Source: an uncultured Nitrososphaerota archaeon (lineage in GTDB: Archaea; Thermoproteota; Nitrososphaeria; Nitrososphaerales; Gagatemarchaeaceae). From it: a stretch of DNA of 64,000 nucleotides. Positions 1 to 10,780 of this stretch are shown piece by piece. Below the pieces are notes generated by a model. That model was not told the DNA's origin and searched no databases. It worked only from the letters and a program-made list of their open reading frames with translations. The translations under genes and the position numbers were made by a program. The stretch is from assembly GCA_963838925.1 (NCBI GenBank), contig CAWISW010000001.1, forward strand, positions 320,001 through 384,000, written 5' to 3'. Positions within the stretch are counted from its first letter, which is position 1. Every line of letters starts with the position of its first letter.

Positions 1-676
1 CTACTGCAGGGCGTACGGCCTCCCGGTGGTCGGGGGGAAGGTAAGCTTCTACAACGAGGACTCTGCGACAGGCCGAGCGATAAAGCCGAGCCCGATCGCC
101 CTCGTCGTCGGCCTGGCCTCCAGAGCGGAGAACCTCAGGACGATGGCTTTCAGGAAGGAGGGGGGCTCGGTGGTCGTCGTCGGCAAGACGAAGCCCGAGC
201 TCGGGGGGTCCGAGCTCTCATCGAGGTTCCCGGCGTCCGTGAGAGGGATCCAGCCGTCTCCCAGGGTAGACGCGCGAGAGGACCTCAAGACCTGCCGAGC
301 GGTCCTGAGGCTGATCGACTCGGGAGCCGTTGACGCGGTCCACGACTGCTCCAGCGGGGGGCTCGGCGTCGCGCTCGCGGAGATGGCGATGGCGGGCGGC
401 TTGGGCGCGAGGGTCGACGTCTCGACCGTACCGGGCAGCTGCGCGACGCCCCTCGACGCACTCTTCTCCGAGTCCCACGGGAGGTTCGTGGTCACGGGCG
501 CGGACGGGAGAGCGGTATCTGCGGCCCTGCGCCGCGCGGGGGTGCCCCACGAAGTGATCGGGAAGGTGGGCGGGGCGGCGCTGTCGTTCTACTCCGGGAG
601 CTCGCGTCTCGCGAGCGTCCCCATCACGTCGATGCGCGCAAAGTGGGAGGGCGCGATACCGGGGCTGATGGACTAG
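1..676 (+). CDS. purL: Phosphoribosylformylglycinamidine synthase subunit PurL, C-terminal part (5' truncated by window)
   Basis: Open frame from window edge; motifs VVGGKVSFYNE, AVHDCSSGGLGVALAEMA, LFSESHGRF; directly upstream of purF. Confidence 0.95.
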   Translation, partial: YCRAYGLPVVGGKVSFYNEDSATGRAIKPSPIALVVGLASRAENLRTMAFRKEGGSVVVVGKTKPELGGSELSSRFPASVRGIQPSPRVDAREDLKTCRAVLRLIDSGAVDAVHDCSSGGLGVALAEMAMAGGLGARVDVSTVPGSCATPLDALFSESHGRFVVTGADGRAVSAALRRAGVPHEVIGKVGGAALSFYSGSSRLASVPITSMRAKWEGAIPGLMD

Positions 677-2107
677 ATGGGCGCCAAAGAAGCGTGCGGT
701 GTGTTCGGCGCATACTCGAGCAAGGGGACCGACGTCGTCCCTAAGATACTGAAGGGCCTCGAGGCACTCCAGCACAGGGGGCAGGAGTCCTGGGGGATAG
801 CGGTCAACGGGAAGCCCGTCTTCAAGCGGATGGGCCTGGCATTCAACTGGACGAACTTCGCCCGAGAGCTCAACGGGTACAAGGGGGGCTCGGGAATCGG
901 GCACATCAGGTACTCGACGAAGGGGCGCTCCAACCTGGGCAACGCGCAGCCGATCCAGTTCGGGAGCGAGTTCAGCATCGCCCACAACGGGACCATCGTG
1001 AACACCGAGGACCTCCAGAAGACCGTCCTGGCGTCCCGCTCGGGCGCCGACTGCTCCACCGACACGAAGGTGGTGGGGCACAGGCTCCTCCAGATCCTGA
1101 AGGAGGAGAACGACTGGTTCTGGGCATTCGAGCGCCTCTCCAAGGAGGTAAAGGGCGCGTACACCTTCACGATAATCAACAAGCAGGGAGAGGTCTTCGC
1201 GGCGAGAGATCCGAGGGGCTACAGGCCGCTCTGCATCGGGCTCCACGAGAGGTCGGGGACCTACATCGCAGCCTCCGAGAGCTGCGCCCTCACCGCGGTC
1301 GAGGCGCAGTTCATCCGAGACGTGGCGCCGGGAGAGATGGTGCGCCTGGGCAGCCCCAAGAAGGGGTTCGAGGCCTTCCGGTTTGCGCCCAAGGTCGCGT
1401 CCGCCCACTGCTCCTTCGAGTACACCTACTTCGCCCATCCCGCGTCGGTCATCGACGGCGTGAACGTGTACGAGGCGAGGAAGAACGTGGGCAAGATCCT
1501 CGCCCGACGGAGGAGGATGAAGGGGAAGGTCGTCATCCCGGTGCCGGACTCGGCGCGCCCCGCTGCGCTCGGCTACTCGACGGAGAGCGGCATCCCGATG
1601 GACGAAGGGCTCATGAAGGACAGGTACAGGCGGAAGGGCAGCATGAGGAGCTTCATCGAGCCCAAGCAGGGCGGGCGCGAGGAGGTGGTGAAGAGGATCA
1701 TTCCCATCAAGGAGACCATCCAGCACAAGGACGTGATCGTGGTCGACGACAGCGTCGTGCGCGGCACCAGCTCCGAGATCATCGTAGAAGCCCTCCGCGA
1801 GGCTGGCGCCAAGAGCATCAAGATGGCGATAACCTTCCCGCCCATAATGCACCCGTGCTACATGGGGGTCGACTTCCCCAGCAGGGAGGAGCTCCTCGCG
1901 TACAGGGTGGCGCGCGACGAGACGGACATCGAGGCGATCAGCGCCAAGGTCGCGAAGTCGCTGGGGGTCGACGAGCTGCACTACAACGACATCGACGGGC
2001 TCGCGGAGGCGATAGGCCTCCCGAAGGATAGCCTCTGCTTCGCGTGCATCAACGGGGACTACTCCAAGCTGGGCGCGGTCAAGCCCAAGAAAGAGTTGAA
2101 GGCCTGA
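677..2107 (+). CDS. purF: Amidophosphoribosyltransferase
   Basis: N-terminal CGVFG after short propeptide, LQHRGQES, GHIRYST, PRPP-binding VVDDSVVRGT, C-terminal Cys cluster. Confidence 0.97.
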   Translation: MGAKEACGVFGAYSSKGTDVVPKILKGLEALQHRGQESWGIAVNGKPVFKRMGLAFNWTNFARELNGYKGGSGIGHIRYSTKGRSNLGNAQPIQFGSEFSIAHNGTIVNTEDLQKTVLASRSGADCSTDTKVVGHRLLQILKEENDWFWAFERLSKEVKGAYTFTIINKQGEVFAARDPRGYRPLCIGLHERSGTYIAASESCALTAVEAQFIRDVAPGEMVRLGSPKKGFEAFRFAPKVASAHCSFEYTYFAHPASVIDGVNVYEARKNVGKILARRRRMKGKVVIPVPDSARPAALGYSTESGIPMDEGLMKDRYRRKGSMRSFIEPKQGGREEVVKRIIPIKETIQHKDVIVVDDSVVRGTSSEIIVEALREAGAKSIKMAITFPPIMHPCYMGVDFPSREELLAYRVARDETDIEAISAKVAKSLGVDELHYNDIDGLAEAIGLPKDSLCFACINGDYSKLGAVKPKKELKA

Positions 2108-2113
2108 GCGCCT

Positions 2114-2752
2114 TTGCCCGCCGCCCCGACCTGCAACATAGGAATCCTCGTCTCCGGCAGGGGGAGCAACATGCTCGCCATCATCCGCGCCATAGAGCGC
2201 GGAGGGATCAAGGGCGCGAGGGTGGCCGTCGTGATAAGCGACAAGCGCGACGCGAGGGCACTGAAGTCGGCGCTGAGCCACGGGATCGAAGCCGTCTGGC
2301 TCGACCCGGCCGAGGCGGCCAGCAGGCTAGACTACGACATGAGGCTCCTCGACGTCCTCAGAGACAAGGGAGTGACCACGAAAGGCGGTCTCGTCGCGCT
2401 CGCCGGTTTCATGAGGCTGCTCTCGCCCGAGTTCGTCGACGCGTTCAAGGGCAGGATCATCAACATCCACCCCGCCCTGCTCCCGTCGTTCCCAGGGCTG
2501 AGGGCGCAGGAGCAGGCGCTCGAGTACGGGGTCAAGGTCTCGGGGTGCACCGTGCACTTCGTTGTCCCCGAGGTCGACTCGGGCCCGATAATCCTCCAGG
2601 GCGCGGTGAAGGTGGAGGAGGGGGACTCCCCAGAGTCCCTTTCAGCGAGGATCCTTAGGCAGGAGCACAGGCTCTACCCGCTCGCGGTCAAGCTGTTCGT
2701 CGAAGGAAGGCTAAAAATCGAGGGCCGCAGAGTGGTGATAGCAAGGAAATGA
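2114..2752 (+). CDS. purN: Phosphoribosylglycinamide formyltransferase
   Basis: ILVSGRGSN, LAGFMRLL, INIHPALLPSFPG, GCTVHFV..EVDSGPII; TTG start. Confidence 0.96.
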   Translation: MPAAPTCNIGILVSGRGSNMLAIIRAIERGGIKGARVAVVISDKRDARALKSALSHGIEAVWLDPAEAASRLDYDMRLLDVLRDKGVTTKGGLVALAGFMRLLSPEFVDAFKGRIINIHPALLPSFPGLRAQEQALEYGVKVSGCTVHFVVPEVDSGPIILQGAVKVEEGDSPESLSARILRQEHRLYPLAVKLFVEGRLKIEGRRVVIARK

Positions 2753-3627
2753 CCGCCACCATAATGGACGGCAGGGCACTGGCGGCGGAGATCAAGTCCC
2801 GCCTCGCCCAAGAGGCGGCGATGATGAAGGGCGCGGGGGCCGTCCCGAAGCTGGCGACCATCCTCGTGGGCGACGACGCGCCCTCCAAGGTCTACCTTGG
2901 GGGCAAGCACCGCGCGGCGCAAGAGGTCGGCATAGGCCTCGAGACCTACCACCTCCCGGGGACCTCGCCTCCCCAGGACCTCTCCCTCCTGATACGCAGG
3001 CTCAACTCAGACAAGTCGGTGAACGGGATCCTCCTCCAGCTTCCGCTGCCCGGGCACCTGGAGCCGAGGGAGATGATTGAGCAGATCTCGCCAGCGAAGG
3101 ACGTCGACGGCCTCACGGCCGCCAACATGGGCCGGCTCTTCTACAACCAAGGCATCCTCGTGCCGTGCACGCCCAAGGGGATAATGGAGCTGCTCCACCA
3201 CTACAACGTCCCGCTCACGGGGTCGAGGTGCGTGATCATCAACAGGAGCGCCCTGGTCGGGAGGCCGCTCATGCACCTCCTCCTCGCCGAGGACGCGACC
3301 GTCACCGTGTGCCACTCAAAGTCCGTCGACTTCATCTCGATCACGAGGCAGGCGGACGTCGTGGTCACAGCCGTCGGCAGGCGGCCCGGCTTCACCCTGA
3401 CGAGGGAGATGGTGAAGGAAGGCGCGGTCGTGGTCGACGTCGCGATGAACAGGGTCCACGGGAAGCTCACCGGGGACGCCGAGTTCGAGGAGGTGTCGCA
3501 GAAGGCCTCCATGATAACCCCCGTCCCGGGAGGCGTGGGGCCGATGACCATCGCCATGCTGATGGAGAACACCCTCATCGCCACCGCGCTTCAGAACGGC
3601 CTGAAGGACGCGGGGGTGCTGAAGTGA
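2749..3627 (+). CDS. folD: Methylenetetrahydrofolate dehydrogenase/cyclohydrolase
   Basis: GILLQLPLP, KDVDG, PCTPKG, TVTVCHS, ITPVPGGVGPMT. Confidence 0.97.
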   Translation: MTATIMDGRALAAEIKSRLAQEAAMMKGAGAVPKLATILVGDDAPSKVYLGGKHRAAQEVGIGLETYHLPGTSPPQDLSLLIRRLNSDKSVNGILLQLPLPGHLEPREMIEQISPAKDVDGLTAANMGRLFYNQGILVPCTPKGIMELLHHYNVPLTGSRCVIINRSALVGRPLMHLLLAEDATVTVCHSKSVDFISITRQADVVVTAVGRRPGFTLTREMVKEGAVVVDVAMNRVHGKLTGDAEFEEVSQKASMITPVPGGVGPMTIAMLMENTLIATALQNGLKDAGVLK

Positions 3628-4242
3628 TTGCTGCGGGACGCCCGTCGCGGTAACCCGGCAGACGTGAGGGAGAGAAAGCAGGGGATCAGGGCCGCCGCTC
3701 TGCGCAAGAGGAGGTCCATCGCCCAAGGAGAGCTGGCGGAGCTGAGCACCCTCGTCGAGTCGAACCTGCGGTCGCTGAGGGAGTACCGGGACGCGCGGCT
3801 CCTGGTGTCGTACTGCGCCAAGGAGGACGAGGTCCAGACGCGACACATCATAGAGCGCGCCCTCGGGGAGGGGAAGCGGGTCGCCGTGGTCGTCACCGAC
3901 GTCTCGTCCAAGACCCTGAGCTTCTCCGAGATAGACTCGTTCGAGGACGACCTCGCCCCCGGGGCGTTCGGGATACTCGAGCCGAAGAAAGGTCACCTCC
4001 GCCCCATCTCCATCAGGGAGGCGGACCTAGTCCTCGTGCCCCTCGTGGCTTGGGACGAGAAGGGGCACCGCCTCGGCTACGGGGCAGGGTACTTCGACCG
4101 CGCGCTCGCGGGAGCGAAGCGGGTGACGAAGGTCGGCCTCGCACTGGAGTCTCAGCGGCTCCCCAACATCCCGGCGTCCAGGCACGACGTCCCCCTCGAC
4201 GTCGTCGTGACCGAGAAGAGGGTGGTCAGGCCGGCGCGATGA
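3628..4242 (+). CDS. 5-formyltetrahydrofolate cyclo-ligase
   Basis: FGILEP, LVLVPLVAWDEKGHRLGYGAGYFDR, HDVPLDVVVTE. Confidence 0.93.
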   Translation: MLRDARRGNPADVRERKQGIRAAALRKRRSIAQGELAELSTLVESNLRSLREYRDARLLVSYCAKEDEVQTRHIIERALGEGKRVAVVVTDVSSKTLSFSEIDSFEDDLAPGAFGILEPKKGHLRPISIREADLVLVPLVAWDEKGHRLGYGAGYFDRALAGAKRVTKVGLALESQRLPNIPASRHDVPLDVVVTEKRVVRPAR

Positions 4243-4299
4243 ACGGAGCGGGCAAGAAAGCATTCAAAAACACTCGGAGCGGGAGTGGGTAGCGAGAGA

Positions 4300-4743
4300 A
4301 TGCCAGAGGACATACGGGTTGCAATAATCGCGGGAAGCAAGAGCGACCAACAGGTCGTCGACGACGCCGTGAAGGCGCTCACCGAGCTGGGAGTCTCGCA
4401 CGACGTCCAGTTCCTCTCGGCGCACAGGAACCCGGAAGGGCTGCGCAAGTACCTCGCCGGGTCGAAGGCAGAAGTCTTCATCGCAGTGGCAGGCCTCGCG
4501 GCGCACCTCCCAGGCGTGATCGCCTCCCAGACCATCAAGCCAGTGATCGGGGTCCCAGTGAGCGCCAAGCTCAACGGCCTTGACTCTCTGCTTTCGATCG
4601 TGCAGATGCCGCCCGGTGTCCCCGTCGGCTGCGTGGGGATCGACAACGCGAGGAACGCGGGCATCCTCGCCGCCGAGATCGTGGGCCTCCGCGACCGCAA
4701 GGTCAGCGGGAGGCTGGAGAAGATGAGGCTAGCGTGGCGATGA
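4300..4743 (+). CDS. purE: N5-CAIR mutase / AIR carboxylase
   Basis: [39 protein letters not shown]; ATG 4300 preferred over GTG 4285. Confidence 0.96.
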   Translation: MPEDIRVAIIAGSKSDQQVVDDAVKALTELGVSHDVQFLSAHRNPEGLRKYLAGSKAEVFIAVAGLAAHLPGVIASQTIKPVIGVPVSAKLNGLDSLLSIVQMPPGVPVGCVGIDNARNAGILAAEIVGLRDRKVSGRLEKMRLAWR

Positions 4744-5594
4744 GGGGCCAGTCGCAAAAGCCCCCCGGGCGATTCGTCCGGTCGGGCAAGGTCAAGGACA
4801 TCTACGACCTGGACGCCGGCCACCTGCTCTTCCACTTCACCGACCGCGTCTCGGCGTTCGACGTGGTCCTCCCGACGACCATCCCTAGGAAGGGGGAGGC
4901 GCTCTGCAAGATGGGGGCGTACTGGTTCGAGACGCTCGGAGTGCCCCACCACATGGTGAGGCTCGAGGGGAACAACATGATGGTCGTCAAGAAGCTCAAG
5001 ATGATAATGGTCGAGTGCGTCGTGAGGGGGTACCTCTACGGGAGCCTCTTCGAGAGGATGAGCAAGGGCGAGGTCTCCCTCCCAGTGCCGAAGACCTTGG
5101 CGGCGAAGCTCCCGGCTCCGTTCTTCGACCCCACGACCAAGTCCGAGGTCCACGACGAGCCGATCACCGAGGCCCAGATCATCAAGGACAAGCTCATGAC
5201 GGCCCCCGAGCTGAAACAGGTGAAGTCGTCGACGATCCAGGTCTACGAGAAGATGTCCGAGAGGGCGAAGGGCGCGGGCTTCATACTCGCGGACCTCAAG
5301 CTGGAGTTCGGAAAGGACGCCCACGGGAGCATCCTCATGGCCGACTCCATCGGGCCAGACGAGTTCAGGATGTGGCCGTCTGCCTCCTACGCCCCTGGCA
5401 AGTCCCAGGAGAGCTACGACAAGCAGCCCATCCGCGACTGGCTCCAGTCGTCCGGCTACAAGGCAGCGCTCGACGCCGCCAGGAAGGCGGGAAAGCCCGT
5501 CCCGACCCCCCCAGAGCTTCCTCGCGAGCTGGTCGAAGAGGTGAGCCGGAGGTACGCCCACGTGTACGAGAGCATCACCGGCAGAAAACTCTAA
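4740..5594 (+). CDS. purC: SAICAR synthetase
   Basis: [41 protein letters not shown]; ATGA overlap with purE stop. Confidence 0.96.
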   Translation: MRGQSQKPPGRFVRSGKVKDIYDLDAGHLLFHFTDRVSAFDVVLPTTIPRKGEALCKMGAYWFETLGVPHHMVRLEGNNMMVVKKLKMIMVECVVRGYLYGSLFERMSKGEVSLPVPKTLAAKLPAPFFDPTTKSEVHDEPITEAQIIKDKLMTAPELKQVKSSTIQVYEKMSERAKGAGFILADLKLEFGKDAHGSILMADSIGPDEFRMWPSASYAPGKSQESYDKQPIRDWLQSSGYKAALDAARKAGKPVPTPPELPRELVEEVSRRYAHVYESITGRKL

Positions 5595-5626
5595 GCGTCG
5601 CACAACGACCAGGAAAAGGCCCACCC

Positions 5627-6700
5627 TTGCCCAAGGAGAACCGAGAGAGACACGGCGACGCCTACGCCCGCGCCGGCGTCGACCTCACCAAGGTCCGCTC
5701 GATCCAGGGGACGATAGCCGACTCCCTCTCAGCCACGTTCGAGACGAGGAAGGGCAAGTTCGGCGAGCCGGCGATGAGGATAGGCCACTACGCGGGGCTG
5801 ATCGACATCGGCGGCCAGAGGCTCCTCGCCATGCACACCGACGGAGTCGGGACGAAGGTGCTGATAGCCCAGGAGATGCGAAGGTTCGACACCATCGGCA
5901 TCGACTGCGTCGCGATGACCGTGAACGACCTCATCTGCATGGGCGCCGAGCCCGTGGCGCTCCTCGACTACCTCGCGCTCCAGAAGGAGGACGACGAGCT
6001 CGTGACGCAGATATCCCGGGGGCTCGTGGCGGGCGCAAAGGACGCGGGGGCCGCCATCGTGGGGGGTGAGACGGCGATAGTGGGCGACCTCCTGAAGGGG
6101 ATCGACGGCTACGGCTTCGACCTTGTCTCGATGGGGGTCGGGTTGGTGAAGAAGGGGTCGCTCATCGACGGGAGCGCCGTCCGCGAGGGCGACGCCGTGG
6201 TGGGGATAGGCAGCTCGGGGCTGCACTCGAACGGATACACCCTTGCCAGGCGCCTGGTGAGAGGCCACAACCTCGACGAGGAGGCCGCGGGCCTCGGCGA
6301 GAGCATAGGCGAGGCCCTCCTGAAGCCCACGAAGATCTACGTCGCCCCCACCCTCGACGCTGTGAGGCGGCGCGAGGTGCACGGGATAGCGCACATAACT
6401 GGCGGAGCCTTCACCAAGCTCACGCGCCTCGTCGGCCAGAGGAAGCTGCAGTTCAGGCTGAGCGCGCTCGAGAAGGGGAGCGCCCCGCCCATCTTCGCGT
6501 TCCTCCAGGAGGAGGGGAGCCTGAGCGACATGGAGATGTACAGGACCTTCAACATGGGCGTGGGGCTCTGCCTCGTCACGCCTCGCGACGAGGTCGAGGG
6601 GGTGATCCGCGACTATAGGAAGAGGGGCTTCGACGGCTGGCAGATAGGCGCTGTGAGGAAGGGCGAGGGCGTGACCGTAGGGACGAAGCGCGTATCCTAG
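5627..6700 (+). CDS. purM: AIR synthetase (phosphoribosylformylglycinamidine cyclo-ligase)
   Basis: YARAGVD, TDGVGTK, VAMTVNDL, GGETA, SSGLHSNGY, AHITGG, MYRTFNMGVG; real start probably TTG 5627, not 5015. Confidence 0.95.
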   Translation: MPKENRERHGDAYARAGVDLTKVRSIQGTIADSLSATFETRKGKFGEPAMRIGHYAGLIDIGGQRLLAMHTDGVGTKVLIAQEMRRFDTIGIDCVAMTVNDLICMGAEPVALLDYLALQKEDDELVTQISRGLVAGAKDAGAAIVGGETAIVGDLLKGIDGYGFDLVSMGVGLVKKGSLIDGSAVREGDAVVGIGSSGLHSNGYTLARRLVRGHNLDEEAAGLGESIGEALLKPTKIYVAPTLDAVRRREVHGIAHITGGAFTKLTRLVGQRKLQFRLSALEKGSAPPIFAFLQEEGSLSDMEMYRTFNMGVGLCLVTPRDEVEGVIRDYRKRGFDGWQIGAVRKGEGVTVGTKRVS

Positions 6701-6717
6701 AGCCGCGGCCCGCGCCC

Positions 6718-8169
6718 TCAGTACTCGACCTTGGGTCGGCTCGCTTTCTTTCGCCCAGCAAGGATCGGGGAGACGACCTTCTTGAGGAAGAGCTCGCAGC
6801 TCTCGCGGGCGTCGCCGGTGTGGGTGGAGGGGTCCAGCAGCAGCTTGATCTGCTTCTTCGAGAGCTTCGAGGCTATCACCCTGTCCTCCGAGAGGAGGCG
6901 CCCGATGGGGTTCGGCTCGCCCTTCATCACCGACTCCCACGCCTTGAACGACTTTGACCTGATGAGCTCGTGCATCTTCTGCCTGTCCTCCCCCTTCGCG
7001 ACGAGCTCCATCATCACGGCCTCGGTCCCTGCGAAGGCCCCGAACCTCTCCAGGTTCTTCTCGATCATCGCGGGGTACAGCCGAAGGCCCCTCATCAGCC
7101 TCTCGTAGATCGCGAGGCACTCGTCCACGGCCAGGAACGCCTCGGGGATGACGATCCTCCTGGCCGCCGAGTCGTCGAGGGTCCTCTCGAGGATCGTGTT
7201 CGACGCGTTCATGAACGCGACCATGGGCATCACCGAGACCACCCTTGCAAGGGAGCACATCCTCTCCGCCGTGACCGGGTTCTTCTTGAACGGCATGGCG
7301 CTCGAGCCGACCTGCGACTCCTCGATGGGCTCTGAGAGCTCGCCGAAGGCGGGGGACTGGAGCACGCGCATGTCCAGGCCGAACTTGGCGCAGGAGGCCG
7401 CGACCGAGGCGAGCGCCGAGAGGACGAGGTAGTCCAGCTTCCTGGGGTATGTCTGAGTGGAGACGTCGAAGTACCCTATCCCCAGCCCCGACATCACGTC
7501 CTCCTCGAGCCGCCTCACCTTCGCTTCGCTCCCCAGGAGCTTCCTGAAGCTCGCCGAGGTTCCTACGGCCCCCTTGACGCCCTTGCCCTTCAAGAACTCC
7601 TTCCTGATCGTCTCGATGAGCCTGATGTCCAGCACGATGTCCTGGGCGTAGTTCGCGAACCTGTACCCGACGGTGGTGGGCTCGGCAGGCTGGAGGTGCG
7701 TCCAACCCATGCAGACCAGCCCCTTGTGCCTCCTGACCCTCCCCGCGGCGGCGTCGAGGCAGCTCACCAGCCGCCCCAGCAAGAGCTCGAGCCCCTTGTC
7801 GAATATCATGACGTCGGCGTTGTCCTCGATGTCCATGGAGGTCGCGCCGAGGTGCAGCTTCCCTCCCCCCTCCCTCGCCTGCTCTGCGAAGACCCTCAGC
7901 TCAGCCATGAGGTCGTGCTTGATGCGCTTCTCTATCTCGTGGGCCCTTGCTATGTCTACCTCCTCCTCGCCAGAGCTCCTCTTGATGCCCTCGAGCTCTT
8001 TCCCCGAGAGGAGGCCGAGGTCCGCCTCTGCCTCCGCCAGGCTCAGCCACACCTTCCTCCACGTCGCCCTCCTGCGAGTCTCGGAGAAGAGCGCCCTCAT
8101 CTCCCCGCTGCCGTAGCGCCACGTGAAGGGAGAGAGGTAGGAGTCGTAGCCGTAGGCGCCGTCTTTCAA
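6718..8169 (-). CDS. purB: Adenylosuccinate lyase
   Basis: YLSPFTWRYGS, HLGATS.DI.DN, GWTHLQPAEPTT, signature GSSAMPFKKNP. Confidence 0.96.
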   Translation of the reverse strand: MKDGAYGYDSYLSPFTWRYGSGEMRALFSETRRRATWRKVWLSLAEAEADLGLLSGKELEGIKRSSGEEEVDIARAHEIEKRIKHDLMAELRVFAEQAREGGGKLHLGATSMDIEDNADVMIFDKGLELLLGRLVSCLDAAAGRVRRHKGLVCMGWTHLQPAEPTTVGYRFANYAQDIVLDIRLIETIRKEFLKGKGVKGAVGTSASFRKLLGSEAKVRRLEEDVMSGLGIGYFDVSTQTYPRKLDYLVLSALASVAASCAKFGLDMRVLQSPAFGELSEPIEESQVGSSAMPFKKNPVTAERMCSLARVVSVMPMVAFMNASNTILERTLDDSAARRIVIPEAFLAVDECLAIYERLMRGLRLYPAMIEKNLERFGAFAGTEAVMMELVAKGEDRQKMHELIRSKSFKAWESVMKGEPNPIGRLLSEDRVIASKLSKKQIKLLLDPSTHTGDARESCELFLKKVVSPILAGRKKASRPKVEY

Positions 8170-8214
8170 GTGCCTGCCCTGCCGTCGCCGCCTTGGGATT
8201 AAACCTTGTCGCGC

Positions 8215-9888
8215 TCACCACTTGAACTCCACGAAGAGCTTCTTGGCCTCGCGGCTGGCCCAGCTGTAGGAGAGGGCGGTTACGGCGACGGCGAAGGCGA
8301 GCGAGACCAGGTAGAGGGCCTGGACCTTCGACTCGAGCCCCGGATAGAGAGCCAGCGCGTCGCCGACGATCGAAGGGAGGGCGGTGATCACGACGACGAC
8401 CATGCCGACTATCACCATCGCGATTATCCCGAAGGGGTCGACGAACCTGGGCCTGGGCCTCTCTTGGAAGTCGGGGTACTTCGCCCCGAACGCCGTCCCG
8501 ATGCAAACCTCCTGTGCGGTTATCGCTACCGCGATCACGAGGTTCTGGAGCGTGGCGATGGGCGGCGGCCTGGTGATGACCGTGACGACGACGAATATCC
8601 CGATGGTCGCGACCATGGCCAGCAGCATGGATGTGAACAGCTTGGCGCGCAGCACCTGCTTGGCGGTCAGAGGGAGGGAGTAGAGCAGGGAGGCGGACCT
8701 CTGCTCCTGACCGAAGCTTATCGACGAGATGATGAGGCCGAAGAGACCGCCCACGAACCAGATGGGGATCTGGTCGGTCGCTGAGGGGACCTGGGGCGTC
8801 GCGGTGGACGCCTGGCTCACGCCGGGGTTGACGAATATCTCGAAGATGAACACGATGCCGAGGACAAAGGGGATCGCGAAGTACTGGAGAAGCTCGCGAC
8901 GCCTCGTCAGCCCCTTGAGGTCCTTCTTGACGAGCGTCGCCTCCGCGGCGCTCAAGCCGAACAGCGAGAAGAAGGGAGAGCCCGCGCCGGGCTTGTACTC
9001 CCCGCCCCCCACGCTCACCTGGGAGGGCGTCGGCGACCAATACCTAGAGCGGACCTTGATGGCCACCCAGAGCATCCCCGCGGAGAAGGCGACCGTCGCC
9101 GCGGTGTATGCCGCGTTCTGGGCTACGTCGCCCACGAGGCTCGCCCTGACTGCGAGGGACGCCCACAGGACAGGGAGGAACTCGACCGCGTTGAGCGCCG
9201 AGTTGAAGCTCCCCACGAGGTCGATGAGGAAGACGAAGTTGAATATCACCTCGACCACCAGGATCACCCCGACCGTGGCCGCAAGCCTGAGGACGAGCGC
9301 GCCGCGCCTGGCGCGCCCCATCACGACGTTGCTGACCCTGTTGATGGCCGCCCTCAATATCTCGACGATCGCCCCGCCGTAGAACAGGGAGACGCAGCTC
9401 AGGGCGAGCATCTCGACCCAAGTCCCCCCGTATCCGAACCTCACTGCCGGCCCGAGGGTCAGCCCCATTATCACGGAAGGCACCAAAGAGTAGGTGTACG
9501 CGACGGAGATCACGGAAGCGGCGACGTACTCCCTCTGCGTCACCGGGAGCCAGTTTATCGCGTCGCTGGAGGCGAACTTCGAGGACGCGCTGAGCTCGAA
9601 GAGCACCCCCGCGACCAGGACGATGCTCGGGACGAGGACTGGGACGAAGACCAGGCTCTCCTTGACGGCCGCTATGAGCGACTGTCCCTGTGCAGACGGC
9701 AGCGAGAGGATGATTCCGGCGACGAAGAAACCCAAGAGGGCGCAGGCGGCGAAGGCGACCGCGTCTATCACCCCAAGGAACGAAGGGTTCCTGAAGATGC
9801 TCTCGCCGCCTCTCCCGCTCCGCCCGGATCGCAGCTGGGACTTTGCGAGTATCAGCGCGATGGCGTAGACTCGGCCCTTCGTTGTCAT
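8215..9888 (-). CDS. ABC-2 type exporter permease (multi-TM, duplicated membrane domain)
   Basis: About 12 hydrophobic segments; LLYSLPLTAKQVLRAKL motif; downstream of ABC ATPase. Confidence 0.8.
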   Translation of the reverse strand: MTTKGRVYAIALILAKSQLRSGRSGRGGESIFRNPSFLGVIDAVAFAACALLGFFVAGIILSLPSAQGQSLIAAVKESLVFVPVLVPSIVLVAGVLFELSASSKFASSDAINWLPVTQREYVAASVISVAYTYSLVPSVIMGLTLGPAVRFGYGGTWVEMLALSCVSLFYGGAIVEILRAAINRVSNVVMGRARRGALVLRLAATVGVILVVEVIFNFVFLIDLVGSFNSALNAVEFLPVLWASLAVRASLVGDVAQNAAYTAATVAFSAGMLWVAIKVRSRYWSPTPSQVSVGGGEYKPGAGSPFFSLFGLSAAEATLVKKDLKGLTRRRELLQYFAIPFVLGIVFIFEIFVNPGVSQASTATPQVPSATDQIPIWFVGGLFGLIISSISFGQEQRSASLLYSLPLTAKQVLRAKLFTSMLLAMVATIGIFVVVTVITRPPPIATLQNLVIAVAITAQEVCIGTAFGAKYPDFQERPRPRFVDPFGIIAMVIVGMVVVVITALPSIVGDALALYPGLESKVQALYLVSLAFAVAVTALSYSWASREAKKLFVEFKW

Positions 9889-9903
9889 GCTCCCTGCCCC
9901 CTC

Positions 9904-10689
9904 CTATCGGGAGAGTTCCCTGACAACCTCGCCTATGTCGTCCGTCCCGGTCATCTTCAGGAAGACCTCCTCCAGGCTCGAACCGGGGAGCCCCGCGGTC
10001 TGCCTGAGCTCGGCGACCGTCCCCTCGGCCATTATCGTCCCCTGGTACATGATGGCCACCCTGTCGCAGAGGGCTTGCGCTATCTCGAGCACGTGGGTGC
10101 TGAAGAGGATCGAAACCCCCTCGCTGGCCAGCTCCCTGAGCAGGTCCTTCACCAGCCGAGCGGAGCGCGGGTCGAGGCCGTTCAGCGCCTCGTCAAGGAC
10201 CAGTATCTGCGGCTTGTGGACGAGCGCGGAGATCAGCGTGATCTTCTGCTTCATCCCCTGCGAGTAGCCGCTGATCATCTCGTTCTCGTGCCCCGCGAGC
10301 TGCATCCCCTCGAGGAAGTGCGAGACCCTCTCCTTCCTCTCCGACGGAGGGACGCCGTACATCTCGGCCACAAAGTCGATGTACTCGATCCCCGTGAGGA
10401 ACTCGTAGAGCTGAGGGGTCTCCGGGACGTACCCGAGCTTCTTCTTCAGCTCGACGGGCGCGGTCGCCTCGTCCTGGCCGTTGATGAAGACCTTCCCGTT
10501 GTCGGGCTTCAGTATCCCCAGCACCATCTTCATGGTCGTGGACTTGCCGCTTCCGTTCGGGCCGAGCAGGCCGAGGATCTCCCCCCTCTTCAGAGTGAGG
10601 TTGATGCCCCTGACCGCCTTGACGTCGCCGTAGGACTTCACGAGCGCCTCGAGCCTGAGGGCGGCCTGCTGGTCGGGGGGAGAGTCCAA
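9904..10689 (-). CDS. ABC transporter ATP-binding protein
   Basis: Walker A GPNGSGKST, signature YSQGM, Walker B ILVLDE, H-loop STH. Confidence 0.95.
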   Translation of the reverse strand: MDSPPDQQAALRLEALVKSYGDVKAVRGINLTLKRGEILGLLGPNGSGKSTTMKMVLGILKPDNGKVFINGQDEATAPVELKKKLGYVPETPQLYEFLTGIEYIDFVAEMYGVPPSERKERVSHFLEGMQLAGHENEMISGYSQGMKQKITLISALVHKPQILVLDEALNGLDPRSARLVKDLLRELASEGVSILFSTHVLEIAQALCDRVAIMYQGTIMAEGTVAELRQTAGLPGSSLEEVFLKMTGTDDIGEVVRELSR

Positions 10690-10780
10690 CTAGATCACGA
10701 TGGAAATCCCCCGCGTGATATAGGTTGTGAATCCTTCGAACCCTTAATACGCCGAGCAGAGACCGAAACCGCGACCCCAA

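Noticed and set aside
5015-5626. 200-aa N-terminal extension on PurM
   Set aside because: Overlaps purC in another frame; homology starts near TTG 5627.
1-8169. Folate-dependent purN/folD in an archaeon as a novelty
   Set aside because: Tetrahydrofolate-based purine synthesis is known in several archaeal groups; ordinary housekeeping cluster.
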